From an uncultured Gemmatimonadales bacterium (lineage in GTDB: Bacteria; Gemmatimonadota; Gemmatimonadetes; Longimicrobiales; RSA9): a stretch of 64,000 bases of DNA. The stretch lies in NCBI GenBank assembly GCA_963798085.1, contig CAWCRS010000008.1:1-64000 (forward strand), given 5' to 3'. The notes under the pieces were generated by a model. The model did not search any database. It saw nothing but the letters and a program-made list of their open reading frames with translations, and had not been told where the DNA came from. The translations under genes were made by a program, and so were the position numbers. Below, in pieces: positions 11,208-19,652 of the stretch (positions are counted from its first letter, which is position 1; each line of letters starts with the position of its first letter).

Positions 11208-14200
11208 ATGCGCACGTCCCCCGGCTGCGTTCACCGCCGCCTCCTCTTCATGCTGGCGGTGCTGGCCGCACTGACCCAGGCACATCCACTCGCGGCGCAG
11301 ACCGACGTGATACGCGGGCGCGTGACCGGACCGGACGGCGCTCCCATCACGGGCGTTCGGGTCACGGCGACGTCGATCCCGGGCAACGTCACACGCACGG
11401 CGCAGACCAATACCCAGGGCGCCTTCCAGATCGCGTTCCCCGGCGGGCCCGGCGATTACATCATGGGCTTCGCCTCGTTCGGGTTTGCGTACCGGCAGTT
11501 CGAGATCAAGCGGCTGGCCGATGAGGACGTGCTGCTGGCCAACGCGCGACTCGCGCCCGTGCAGCTCGATTCCGTGTCGGTGGTCGCGTCCATCCAGCAG
11601 CGCGTCAACCGCAATGCGCAGCCACCTGATGTCGGGGGCACCGAACGCACGGTCAGCATCGCCAGCCTGCCGCTCGAGCTGCAGGGCAACATTGCCGCGC
11701 TGGCCGCATCGCTGCCGGGTGTGCTGTTGCTGCCGGGTCTTGATGGTGCGCCGGACGGCTTCTCCGTCTTCGGGCTGGATGCGGACCAGAACAGCGTGAC
11801 GCTGAACGGCATGCCGCTGGGCGCCAGCTCACTGCCGCGTGATGCCGGTGTCTCCAGCAGCCTCACGACCTCGCCATTCGATGTGTCGCGCGGCGGCTTC
11901 AGTGGCGGCAACCTCAACATCAGTTCGCGCTCGGGCTCGAACTTCCGCACGCGCGGCATGAGCCTGCAACTGACGACCCCGCAAATGCAGTGGACAGATC
12001 GCGCGGCCCAGGCGCTGGGCACGGACTACACGAACGCATCGCTCGGTGGCGTCGCTTCCGGACCGCTCAAGACAAACAAGGCGTTCTACAACGTGTCGTT
12101 CCAGCTGGGTCGCCAGTCGCGGGACAACCAGACCCTGCTGAACACGAGCCCCATTGGATTGCAGACTGCGGGCGTGGCGGCGGACTCGGTCACGCGCTTC
12201 CTGGGCATTCTGAGCGGTGCGGGCGTGCCCACGGCCGGTGGCCCGGACCGCGCCAGCCGGCTGAGCGACAACGGTTCGCTGTTCGGCAGCGTCGACTTCT
12301 CGCCGCCATCATCGTCCAGCGGACAGTCCGTGGGGCTCACGTTCAACGGCAACTGGGGCCGTCAGTCGCCGGTGGGCGGCGGCGCCACACAGCTGACCTC
12401 GTCGAGCAGCGATCACACGAACTGGAGCGGCGGCCTGCAGGCGAGGCACAGCGGCTACCTGGGTCTGGTGCTGAGCGAGACGTCGGCGGGCATCAACCTC
12501 TCGCGCAGCTATGACGACCCGTATCTCGACCTGCCCGGCGGCCACGTGCGCGTTAACTCCGAGTTTGCCGATGGCGGGAGCGGCGTGCAGATGCTCACGT
12601 TCGGCGGCACGCAGAATCGCGGCTCCTCCTCACGCAGCACCGGCGCCACGTTCCAGAACAGCCTTTCCTGGTTCGACAACGCCAACAAGCATCGCATCAA
12701 GCTGTCGAGCGAGCTGCGCTACAGCCGCAACACGCAGATTCAGGCCACCAACCTGCTCGGTTCCTTCAGCTTCAATTCGCTGACGGATCTCGAGGCGGGC
12801 ATACCCGCGTCCTACACGCGCACGCTCAACGCCCTGACGCAGTCGACCGGCCAGCTCAACGGCTCGGTTTCGCTGGGCGACTCCTGGCGCCGCACACAGG
12901 ATTTCCAGCTGCAGTACGGTGTGCGCGTGGATGCCAGCCACTACACGGAGAAGCCCGTTTACAATCCACTGGTGGAATCGGCGTTCGGCCGGCGCAACGA
13001 TGTCGTGCCCACGCCACTGGCGTTCAGCCCGCGCGTAGGCTTTTCCTGGACGGTGGGGCAGGCGAGGGAGATTGCCGGCTTTGCCGGCGCGGCGAGCGGG
13101 CCACGCGCAGTGATCCGCGGCGGCATCGGCGTATTCGCCAACAACGCGGGCGCAGGCCAGATCAGCGGGGCGCTTTCCAACACGGGGTTATCGAGCGGTC
13201 TGCAGCAGGTCGTGTGCGTGGGTCCGGCCTCGCCGGTTCCCGACTGGGCGGCGTGGGCCGCGGACCCGGGCAGCGTCCCCGACCGCTGCGCCGACGGCTC
13301 CACCGGAACGGTGTTTTCCAACCGGTCGCCTGACGTAACGTTGTTCTCGCCCGACTTCGCGCCGCCCCGCACCGTGCGCACCAACCTGTCCTGGACCGGC
13401 AGCGCTCTGGACGGCCGCTTCTCGCTGAGTGTCGAGGGGACCTATTCGCTGAACCTGCACCAGCAGCGCTTCGTCGATCTGAACTTCCGGCCGACCACAC
13501 GCTTCACGCTGGACGATGGCCGCCCCGTGTTCGTGGAGCCGGCCAGCATCGTCACGGAGACGGGGAGCATCGCATCCGGCGATGCGCGTGTGTCACCCGA
13601 CTTTGCGCGCGTCACCGAGCTGCGCTCCGATCTGCAGTCGCGCACCGCGCAGCTCAGCCTGCGTGTGTCTCCCATTGCGCACGGGCCCACGAATTTCGGC
13701 TGGAGTCTGGCTTACACCTGGTCGCACATCCGGGAACAGGTTTCCGGCTTCAGCAGCACGACCGGCAGCCCGCTCACGGTGGACTGGGCGAACTCGACAC
13801 AGGGCGCGCACCAGATCAACTACAGCCTGCGCTATCGCTTCTTCAGTGCCGTGACCGTGAGCTGGAGCGGGCAGTTCCGCTCGGGTTCGGCCTTCACGCC
13901 CATGATCGCCGGTGATGTGAACGGCGATGGCTACTCCAACGACCGCGCCTTCGTGTTCTCGCCCGATCACACGACGGACGCGGCGCTGGCGGCGGGCATG
14001 CGCGACCTGCTGGACAACGCATCGGGCGCGGCTCGCCATTGCCTGCAGAAGCAGCTGGACCGCTTCGCCGAGCGCAACAGCTGCCGTGGCCCGTGGATGT
14101 CCGGGGCATCGCTCACCATCACGCTGGACCGCGTGAAGTTCCGCATGCCGCAGCGCGCGGACATTTCCTTCTCGCTCTCCAATCCGCTGGGTGCAGCGGA

Positions 14201-14942
14201 CCTGCTGGTGAACGGTTCCGGCAACCTCAGGGGCTGGGGACAGACGGTATTCCCGGATCCGTCGCTGCTGTACGTACGCGGCTTCGATCCGCAGACGCGG
14301 CAGTTCCGCTACGAAGTCAACCAGCGCTTCGGCGCCACACGGCCGCAGTTCCTGACGCAGCGCGCGCCGGTGACGCTGACCGCCGCGGTGCGCGTCGACC
14401 TGGGTCCCATGCGCGAGCGGCAGTCGCTGGCCCAGCAGCTGCACTCGGGAAGAACGCAGCCCGGCTCCCGCCTGCCTGAGCAGTTGTTCCGCTCGTTGGG
14501 CGCGGGCAGCACACCCAACCCGATGCCAACGATCCTGCGCTCGCAGGACTCGCTCCGGCTGACCGCGGTGCAGGCCGATAGCATCGCCTCCATGAATCGG
14601 CGTTACAACTACCGGGCCGACTCGCTCTGGGTCCCCGTGGCCCACTACCTCGCGGGACTGCCGGCCACGTACAGTGAAGGCGACGCGTGGAACCGCTACA
14701 TCAATGCCCGTCGTGTGCAGATCGAGATGCTCACCCGCCTCGCGCCCGCGATCCGCGAGCTGCTGACGCCCGAGCAGCGGCGCAAGCTGCCGGCGTACAT
14801 CATCAATCAGCTCGACCCGCGCTATCTCGCCCTGATCCGCAATGGCTCGCCGTTGTACATCAACGGCGCCGGTCTGGGCGGCTTCGGTTTCGGTGGCGAT
14901 TTCATCGGGATCGGCGAAGCCGCGGTCGTCAGAATACGGTGA
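11208..14942 (+). CDS. Oar-like TonB-dependent receptor with N-terminal carboxypeptidase-regulatory-like domain and C-terminal helical extension
   Basis: GGAGG RBS; signal peptide; IRGRVTGPDGAPITGVRV; FDVSRGGFSGG; LQYGVRVD; FSPRVGFSW; GDVNGDGYSND. Confidence 0.85.
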   Translation: MRTSPGCVHRRLLFMLAVLAALTQAHPLAAQTDVIRGRVTGPDGAPITGVRVTATSIPGNVTRTAQTNTQGAFQIAFPGGPGDYIMGFASFGFAYRQFEIKRLADEDVLLANARLAPVQLDSVSVVASIQQRVNRNAQPPDVGGTERTVSIASLPLELQGNIAALAASLPGVLLLPGLDGAPDGFSVFGLDADQNSVTLNGMPLGASSLPRDAGVSSSLTTSPFDVSRGGFSGGNLNISSRSGSNFRTRGMSLQLTTPQMQWTDRAAQALGTDYTNASLGGVASGPLKTNKAFYNVSFQLGRQSRDNQTLLNTSPIGLQTAGVAADSVTRFLGILSGAGVPTAGGPDRASRLSDNGSLFGSVDFSPPSSSSGQSVGLTFNGNWGRQSPVGGGATQLTSSSSDHTNWSGGLQARHSGYLGLVLSETSAGINLSRSYDDPYLDLPGGHVRVNSEFADGGSGVQMLTFGGTQNRGSSSRSTGATFQNSLSWFDNANKHRIKLSSELRYSRNTQIQATNLLGSFSFNSLTDLEAGIPASYTRTLNALTQSTGQLNGSVSLGDSWRRTQDFQLQYGVRVDASHYTEKPVYNPLVESAFGRRNDVVPTPLAFSPRVGFSWTVGQAREIAGFAGAASGPRAVIRGGIGVFANNAGAGQISGALSNTGLSSGLQQVVCVGPASPVPDWAAWAADPGSVPDRCADGSTGTVFSNRSPDVTLFSPDFAPPRTVRTNLSWTGSALDGRFSLSVEGTYSLNLHQQRFVDLNFRPTTRFTLDDGRPVFVEPASIVTETGSIASGDARVSPDFARVTELRSDLQSRTAQLSLRVSPIAHGPTNFGWSLAYTWSHIREQVSGFSSTTGSPLTVDWANSTQGAHQINYSLRYRFFSAVTVSWSGQFRSGSAFTPMIAGDVNGDGYSNDRAFVFSPDHTTDAALAAGMRDLLDNASGAARHCLQKQLDRFAERNSCRGPWMSGASLTITLDRVKFRMPQRADISFSLSNPLGAADLLVNGSGNLRGWGQTVFPDPSLLYVRGFDPQTRQFRYEVNQRFGATRPQFLTQRAPVTLTAAVRVDLGPMRERQSLAQQLHSGRTQPGSRLPEQLFRSLGAGSTPNPMPTILRSQDSLRLTAVQADSIASMNRRYNYRADSLWVPVAHYLAGLPATYSEGDAWNRYINARRVQIEMLTRLAPAIRELLTPEQRRKLPAYIINQLDPRYLALIRNGSPLYINGAGLGGFGFGGDFIGIGEAAVVRIR

Positions 14943-14947
14943 ACAAC

Positions 14948-16477
14948 ATGACTCACGCGTGCTACGGAATCGGCTGCGTCGTCGCGACGCTGGTGCTGGC
15001 ATGCTCGCCCGCCGTGCTGCACGCGCAGGACAGTCTTCCGCCGCAACGCACCATCGGTCCGCCCGTGCAGCGCATTGCCACCGCGGCGGCGCTGTCCAGC
15101 GAACCGCTGGGCAGTATCACCGGCGTGCTGGAGCTGGCCGATGGTCGCGTGCTGCTGAATGACGCGGCGCGGCGGCGGCTGCTGCTCATGGACACGACGC
15201 TGCACACGGTGTCCGTGGTGCTGGATTCGCTGTCGGAAATCGCGAACACGTACGGCACCCGTGCGGGTGCGCTCATTCCGTGGCGAGGGGATTCGACCCT
15301 GTTCGTCGATCCGGCCTCGTACGCCATCGTCGTGCTCGATCCCGCGGGCAAGCCGGCGCGCGTGCGTTCCGTCTGGCGTGTGCAGGATGCGCCGTACTTT
15401 TCCGATGGAATCGCACAGTACGGGCAACCTGGACTGGACGCGCAGGGGCGCGTGGTCTATCGCATCCCGGCACAGGCTGCGCCGCCGCGGGTGGCGCCAC
15501 CCGCGGGGGTACCATGGCTCCCCACCCAGCCGGATTCGGGCTTCATCGTGGCCGCCGATCTGGATACCCGGAAAATCGACACGCTGGGCGTGATCCGCGT
15601 GCCGAAATCCGAGTTCCGTGCACGCCGCACGGTGGAGGGATACTTCACCGTCGATCGTGTGTTCAATCCGCTGCCCACGCAGGATGACTGGGCCGTACTG
15701 CCCGATGGCCGCATCGCGTTCGTGCGCGGCATCGACTATCGCATCGACTATCGCAATGCCGACGGCACCTGGACATCATCAGCCAAGCTTCCGTACGACT
15801 GGCAGCACCTGACCGACGAAGACAAGGACCGGCTGGTGGATTCCGTGACGACCGTGCAGCAGCGGGCGGCACTGTCGTCGTACGTCACCGGCATGATCCG
15901 CTGGGTAAACCAGTACAACCGCCCGTGGCCCGCCGCCTTCAAGGTGCCCGAGGGCTTCATTCTGCCGCCGGGCGTGCCGAAGGACTGGATCCTGCCGCCA
16001 GGCGTGACGTTTCCCGAGAACTACATCTATGCCTGTCCGCCCGGCGATGACCCTGCTGCGCGGATGGCGGCGGCAGTCACCGCGAATGCTGCTAACACGG
16101 CATCAGCGGGCGCGCCGCGCGGCAGGCCATCGTGCGTGCCCGCGCCTGTCATCATGAGCGGCGGAACCACACCGCCACCGCCCGGCATCCGGCCCGTGTT
16201 CGTGCTGGCCGCATCCGACCTGCCCGACTACCGTCCGCCCTTCGGCCCGGGCGCAGTGCGTGCCGATCGCGATGGCAATCTCTGGATCCGCACCAATCTC
16301 ACGCGCCCCACGCCCGGCGGCCCCGCCTGGGACATCGTCAGTCCGCAGGGCGAATTGCTGACCCGCTATCAGCTGCCCCAGGGCTATCAGATCGTGGGCT
16401 TCGGTCGCGGCAAGATCGTGTACCTGTCCATGCGCGATCCGGCTGGAATGCACCTGGCAAGGGTGCGGCTGAAGTGA
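14948..16477 (+). CDS. Secreted 6-bladed beta-propeller-like protein with Pro-rich insertion
   Basis: Signal peptide; ELADGRVLLND, DDWAVLPDGRIAFVR and RADRDGNLWIR blades; alternative GTG at 14939 overlaps the receptor stop. Confidence 0.75.
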   Translation: MTHACYGIGCVVATLVLACSPAVLHAQDSLPPQRTIGPPVQRIATAAALSSEPLGSITGVLELADGRVLLNDAARRRLLLMDTTLHTVSVVLDSLSEIANTYGTRAGALIPWRGDSTLFVDPASYAIVVLDPAGKPARVRSVWRVQDAPYFSDGIAQYGQPGLDAQGRVVYRIPAQAAPPRVAPPAGVPWLPTQPDSGFIVAADLDTRKIDTLGVIRVPKSEFRARRTVEGYFTVDRVFNPLPTQDDWAVLPDGRIAFVRGIDYRIDYRNADGTWTSSAKLPYDWQHLTDEDKDRLVDSVTTVQQRAALSSYVTGMIRWVNQYNRPWPAAFKVPEGFILPPGVPKDWILPPGVTFPENYIYACPPGDDPAARMAAAVTANAANTASAGAPRGRPSCVPAPVIMSGGTTPPPPGIRPVFVLAASDLPDYRPPFGPGAVRADRDGNLWIRTNLTRPTPGGPAWDIVSPQGELLTRYQLPQGYQIVGFGRGKIVYLSMRDPAGMHLARVRLK

Positions 16478-16580
16478 GGCGTAGCGGCGTGGGTCAGGGG
16501 TGGCAGCTGTAACGACTGGTTAGATGGAAAGGATCGTCGGCGGCCATGCCTGTAACGACTCGCTGACAGGAGTGGACCAG

Positions 16581-16835
16581 GGCGGGGAGGTTGAACGCGG
16601 AGGAGGAGCCGTGTTGAAGGGAGAGGGTCCGGGCAGGAGGGGCGCGCCGGGTGCGCGGGCCGGGCGAGTGCCCATAACTGCTGGTTGGCACGGGAATGAA
16701 TCGGGGCGGAGACAGCGCCGAGGGCGGACGAAGGCGAGGGATGCCGGGGAGGGGAACGGGCGGGCCGCGTCGTTGCTTCCGTGCCTGCAACCCCCGCCCT
16801 TCAACACTCCCCTCCTCCTCCTTCGACCCCGTCTC
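16581..16835 (+). repeat. Long nested imperfect inverted repeat (candidate structured RNA) between convergent genes
   Basis: GTGTTGAAGGG 16611-16621 pairs with CCCTTCAACAC 16797-16807; GGAGGAGG with CCTCCTCC; GGTTGAA with TTCGACC (one G-U); inner GGCACGGGAA 16687-16696 with TTCCGTGCC 16777-16785. Confidence 0.55.
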
Positions 16836-16944
16836 CCCACCCCGATCCGTTCCCGCCGGCCCTGACGCACAATTTTCATGCACCGTTATCGGACTTTCCG
16901 CTCGCCCGATTTCAGCACGCACCGGGGACGATTTCAGCAGCCGG

Positions 16945-17712
16945 TCAGGCCGCCATGACGGAGCGGCGATCCCGGAACGGATTGCCGGTGACCGGCACGC
17001 TGGCCAGGTTCCTGGCCAGGTCCCGCTGGCGCTGGACGAAAGACCGGACCTGGTCCCAGAACTGCTGCGGATTCGGCATGATGCTCTGCTGACCGGGCGC
17101 AGAGACAAAGCCCTGGTGGTTCATGCGCGCGGGCCGGTTGCGCTCACGAATGAACAGGTTGACGACGAGAATCGCGTCGAACTCCGCGACAGTGTCGAAG
17201 CCGTTGCCCAGGCGTCGGTCGCTCTGCCGGCCGGTCATCTGTTCGAGCGCGTGCACCATCTCGTGCAGCAGTACCTCGTCCATTTCGAGACCGGCACTGA
17301 CGGGCTGCGAGCCGGTCGCCGCCTGCCACGTGCGCATGGCCACAGCGTCCCAGCGCGGCAATAGCTCAGCAGGAAACAACCAGGGTGTGAAACGCAGTAT
17401 GCAGGACGAGCCGTTGCCCGTGCCGTACCCCCACGCAGCGCGATGCTGTCCCGCACCATCCCGCACTTCCTCGCCCGCAACGGTGGCGGCCCGCCAGTTC
17501 AGCGGATGCGCGACGGCGTTCTGATCCAGCTGGCGGCGCGGTACGATAACGAGGCGGCGGTGCGTGGCATCAATGGCGCGAATCACTTCGCGGCCCGTGC
17601 GGAACATCATGATGGAGAGAAGGTTGTCGTGAACCTGGCGTTCGTAGGTAGTGGCCAGCGAGCCTGCGGCTGCGCCGTTGACGTGGATGCGATGGCTGAA
17701 GTCCATGGACAT
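16945..17712 (-). CDS. Zinc metallopeptidase, M91/NleD-like
   Basis: DEVLLHEMVHALEQMTG zinc motif; upstream GTGNGSS..LRFTP; downstream EFDAILVVNLF; no signal peptide. Confidence 0.7.
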   Translation of the reverse strand: MSMDFSHRIHVNGAAAGSLATTYERQVHDNLLSIMMFRTGREVIRAIDATHRRLVIVPRRQLDQNAVAHPLNWRAATVAGEEVRDGAGQHRAAWGYGTGNGSSCILRFTPWLFPAELLPRWDAVAMRTWQAATGSQPVSAGLEMDEVLLHEMVHALEQMTGRQSDRRLGNGFDTVAEFDAILVVNLFIRERNRPARMNHQGFVSAPGQQSIMPNPQQFWDQVRSFVQRQRDLARNLASVPVTGNPFRDRRSVMAA

Positions 17713-17900
17713 GGCCTGTCCCCCGGCGGACGGAATTGGCGGCAATCGTCTATTCCGGATGCGGCGGAACCGGCTGCGGAAGGCCATCGGAACCGGATCC
17801 CGCAGGGCGTTGTGCCCCGCACGGCCCGGGCGCCGCACGACGGGCTCGCGCACGGCCCGCGGCGCAAGGCGCACCGTGCACCGCCTGTGGTAACTGTCTG

Positions 17901-19025
17901 TTAAGAAGCGCCGGCGACGCGGATCCGGCCGATGAGCGGCTGGTGGTCCGAGCCATAGGCATCGGGGAGCACGCGGTACCCGGCCTGCCAGCCCGAGGGC
18001 AGGTCGAACAGCATGTAATCGAGCTGCAGCCCGGGCAGAGGGCCAGGCAATCTGGCTGTGGCATCACGGGGCAGTGTGGCGGGCAGCGGAAAGCGCGCCC
18101 GCAACGTCCGGGTGGCCGCGCTCTGAGCGCCGCCCAGCCAGGTGTTGAGGTCCGCCCCCAGAGCGGTGGGCGTGGGGCCGGGAAGCGCAGCGGCCAGCGC
18201 ACGCGCCTGATTGCGCCGGCCGGCGCCGAGGCTGCGCTGCAGCGCCGCCACGCGGTTCCTGTTGTCGAAGTGCGCACTCACGACGCGCAGCGTCCAGGGC
18301 TGCCCGCTGCTGGTGCGTCCCTCGATGCTGGCGGCGATGGCCACCCGCCGCTGCCGCTCCCAGGGCAGTTCGATCAGGCGGGGCGCGACCAGCGGCATGG
18401 TGGAGAGGATGGCATTGCCGCGATCCTGCGGCAGCCTGCCATCGTGTGCGGAACCGTTGCGCATGGAGGGCGCGTAGAGCAGCGACAGGTTCTCGGCTTC
18501 GGCAATGCGTGCAATGTCAGGCGGCTGCTGCTGCGCCGGATCCCCAATGCGCCGCGCGCCGCTGGCCCACACCGGCGGCGTTGCCGGTACCGCAGCGCCG
18601 CCCCGCACGGCTTCCTGCAGCAGCAGCACGAAATGCCGGACGGGACTGCCCGTGAGACGACCCGCGCGCAGATCGGCCAGCAGCCGGCCCACATCCGCTT
18701 CCCCCTCATGCACGTTCCAGTCGATGACGACGACGCTGTCCATGGGCTCCGGCGCCGACGCCGGCGCGACGCGCTGCTGCAGCAGCGCGGGGCCCACTGC
18801 CCAGCACCACGCATCCAGCGCCGCACGCTCGGTGGCATCGCTCCGCAACGTCCAGAGCACTTCGGGCGAGCCGTCGGAGGCAGGCGTGCCCAGCGCACGA
18901 CAGGGCGGCGGGTCGAGCAGTCCGGGCGGCGCGCGATGCACCGCACAACCCGGTGTTAGCAGCAGGCCGGGCAGCAGGTACCACAGCGGAGACCGCCCGC
19001 GCTGCCGCGGGCCGGCGCGCTGCAT
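17901..19025 (-). CDS. Endonuclease/exonuclease/phosphatase family protein, probably a lipoprotein
   Basis: WNVH, LLLQEA, GNAILS, SAHFD, LGADLN, LDY and SDH motifs; LTPGC lipobox-like sequence. Confidence 0.88.
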   Translation of the reverse strand: MQRAGPRQRGRSPLWYLLPGLLLTPGCAVHRAPPGLLDPPPCRALGTPASDGSPEVLWTLRSDATERAALDAWCWAVGPALLQQRVAPASAPEPMDSVVVIDWNVHEGEADVGRLLADLRAGRLTGSPVRHFVLLLQEAVRGGAAVPATPPVWASGARRIGDPAQQQPPDIARIAEAENLSLLYAPSMRNGSAHDGRLPQDRGNAILSTMPLVAPRLIELPWERQRRVAIAASIEGRTSSGQPWTLRVVSAHFDNRNRVAALQRSLGAGRRNQARALAAALPGPTPTALGADLNTWLGGAQSAATRTLRARFPLPATLPRDATARLPGPLPGLQLDYMLFDLPSGWQAGYRVLPDAYGSDHQPLIGRIRVAGAS

Positions 19026-19196
19026 GACTGCTCCATGGAAGTCGGGTGTCCCTTCTGACGCTCAGGGATTGCGTCGCCTTCCTACACCCCGCTTTCAGAG
19101 GCGGGTCCGGCTGCGTGCCGCCTCGCCCACTGTCCGCGCCGCTGCATCGGCCCCGGCGGCGGCGGCGTTCACCCCGGCCGGCTTGCTGGCAAAACG

Positions 19197-19216
19197 ATAC
19201 CAAAGCATACTGGTAT
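19197..19216. promoter_or_regulatory. Candidate operator upstream of the second PadR
   Basis: AT-rich inverted repeat ATACCA-N8-TGGTAT. Confidence 0.45.
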
Positions 19217-19295
19217 TGATCGGTACCGAAACGCCCGCAAGGCCGACCCCGCAGACGACGGGTCAGCCGGCGCGCACTGTCAGGAATCCAGGTTC

Positions 19296-19652
19296 ATGAC
19301 GAAGAAGAAGACCAATGCGGCGGCACTCCTGCCGCTCAAGCCGCAGTGGTTCCACCTGCTGCTGGCGCTGGGAGAGGGGCCGGCGCACGGCTTCGAGATC
19401 CGCAGCCGGGTGGAAGCGCGGACGGACGGGAAGCTGACGCTGTGGCCGGCCATGCTCTACGGCACGATCCGGCGCATGACGGCGAGTGGATTGATCGAGT
19501 CGCTGGATGGCGAGGCTGGCCCGGATGCGGATGCGCGCCGTCGCTACTACCGCCTGACGCCGTTCGGCCGCCAGGTGCTGCTGGCGGAAGCGGAGCGCCT
19601 GGCGCTGCTGGTGCGTCACGCGCGAGTGGCGGCACGGGCGGGGCATGCGTGA
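19296..19652 (+). CDS. PadR family regulator
   Basis: FHLLLALGEGPAHGFEI, LYGTIRRM, RRRYYRLTPFGRQVL. Confidence 0.9.
   Translation: MTKKKTNAAALLPLKPQWFHLLLALGEGPAHGFEIRSRVEARTDGKLTLWPAMLYGTIRRMTASGLIESLDGEAGPDADARRRYYRLTPFGRQVLLAEAERLALLVRHARVAARAGHA

Noticed and set aside
16569..16900. Superficial resemblance to RNase P RNA (GGAGTGGACCAG..., GAGAGGGTCCGGGC, AGTGCC)
   Set aside because: The conserved GAGGAAAGUCC and 3' ACAGAAxCCGGCUUA elements are absent and no P1/P4 pairing could be built
19035..19100. Stem-loops in the leader of the EEP gene as a possible riboswitch
   Set aside because: Short GC-rich stems with no recognisable aptamer consensus
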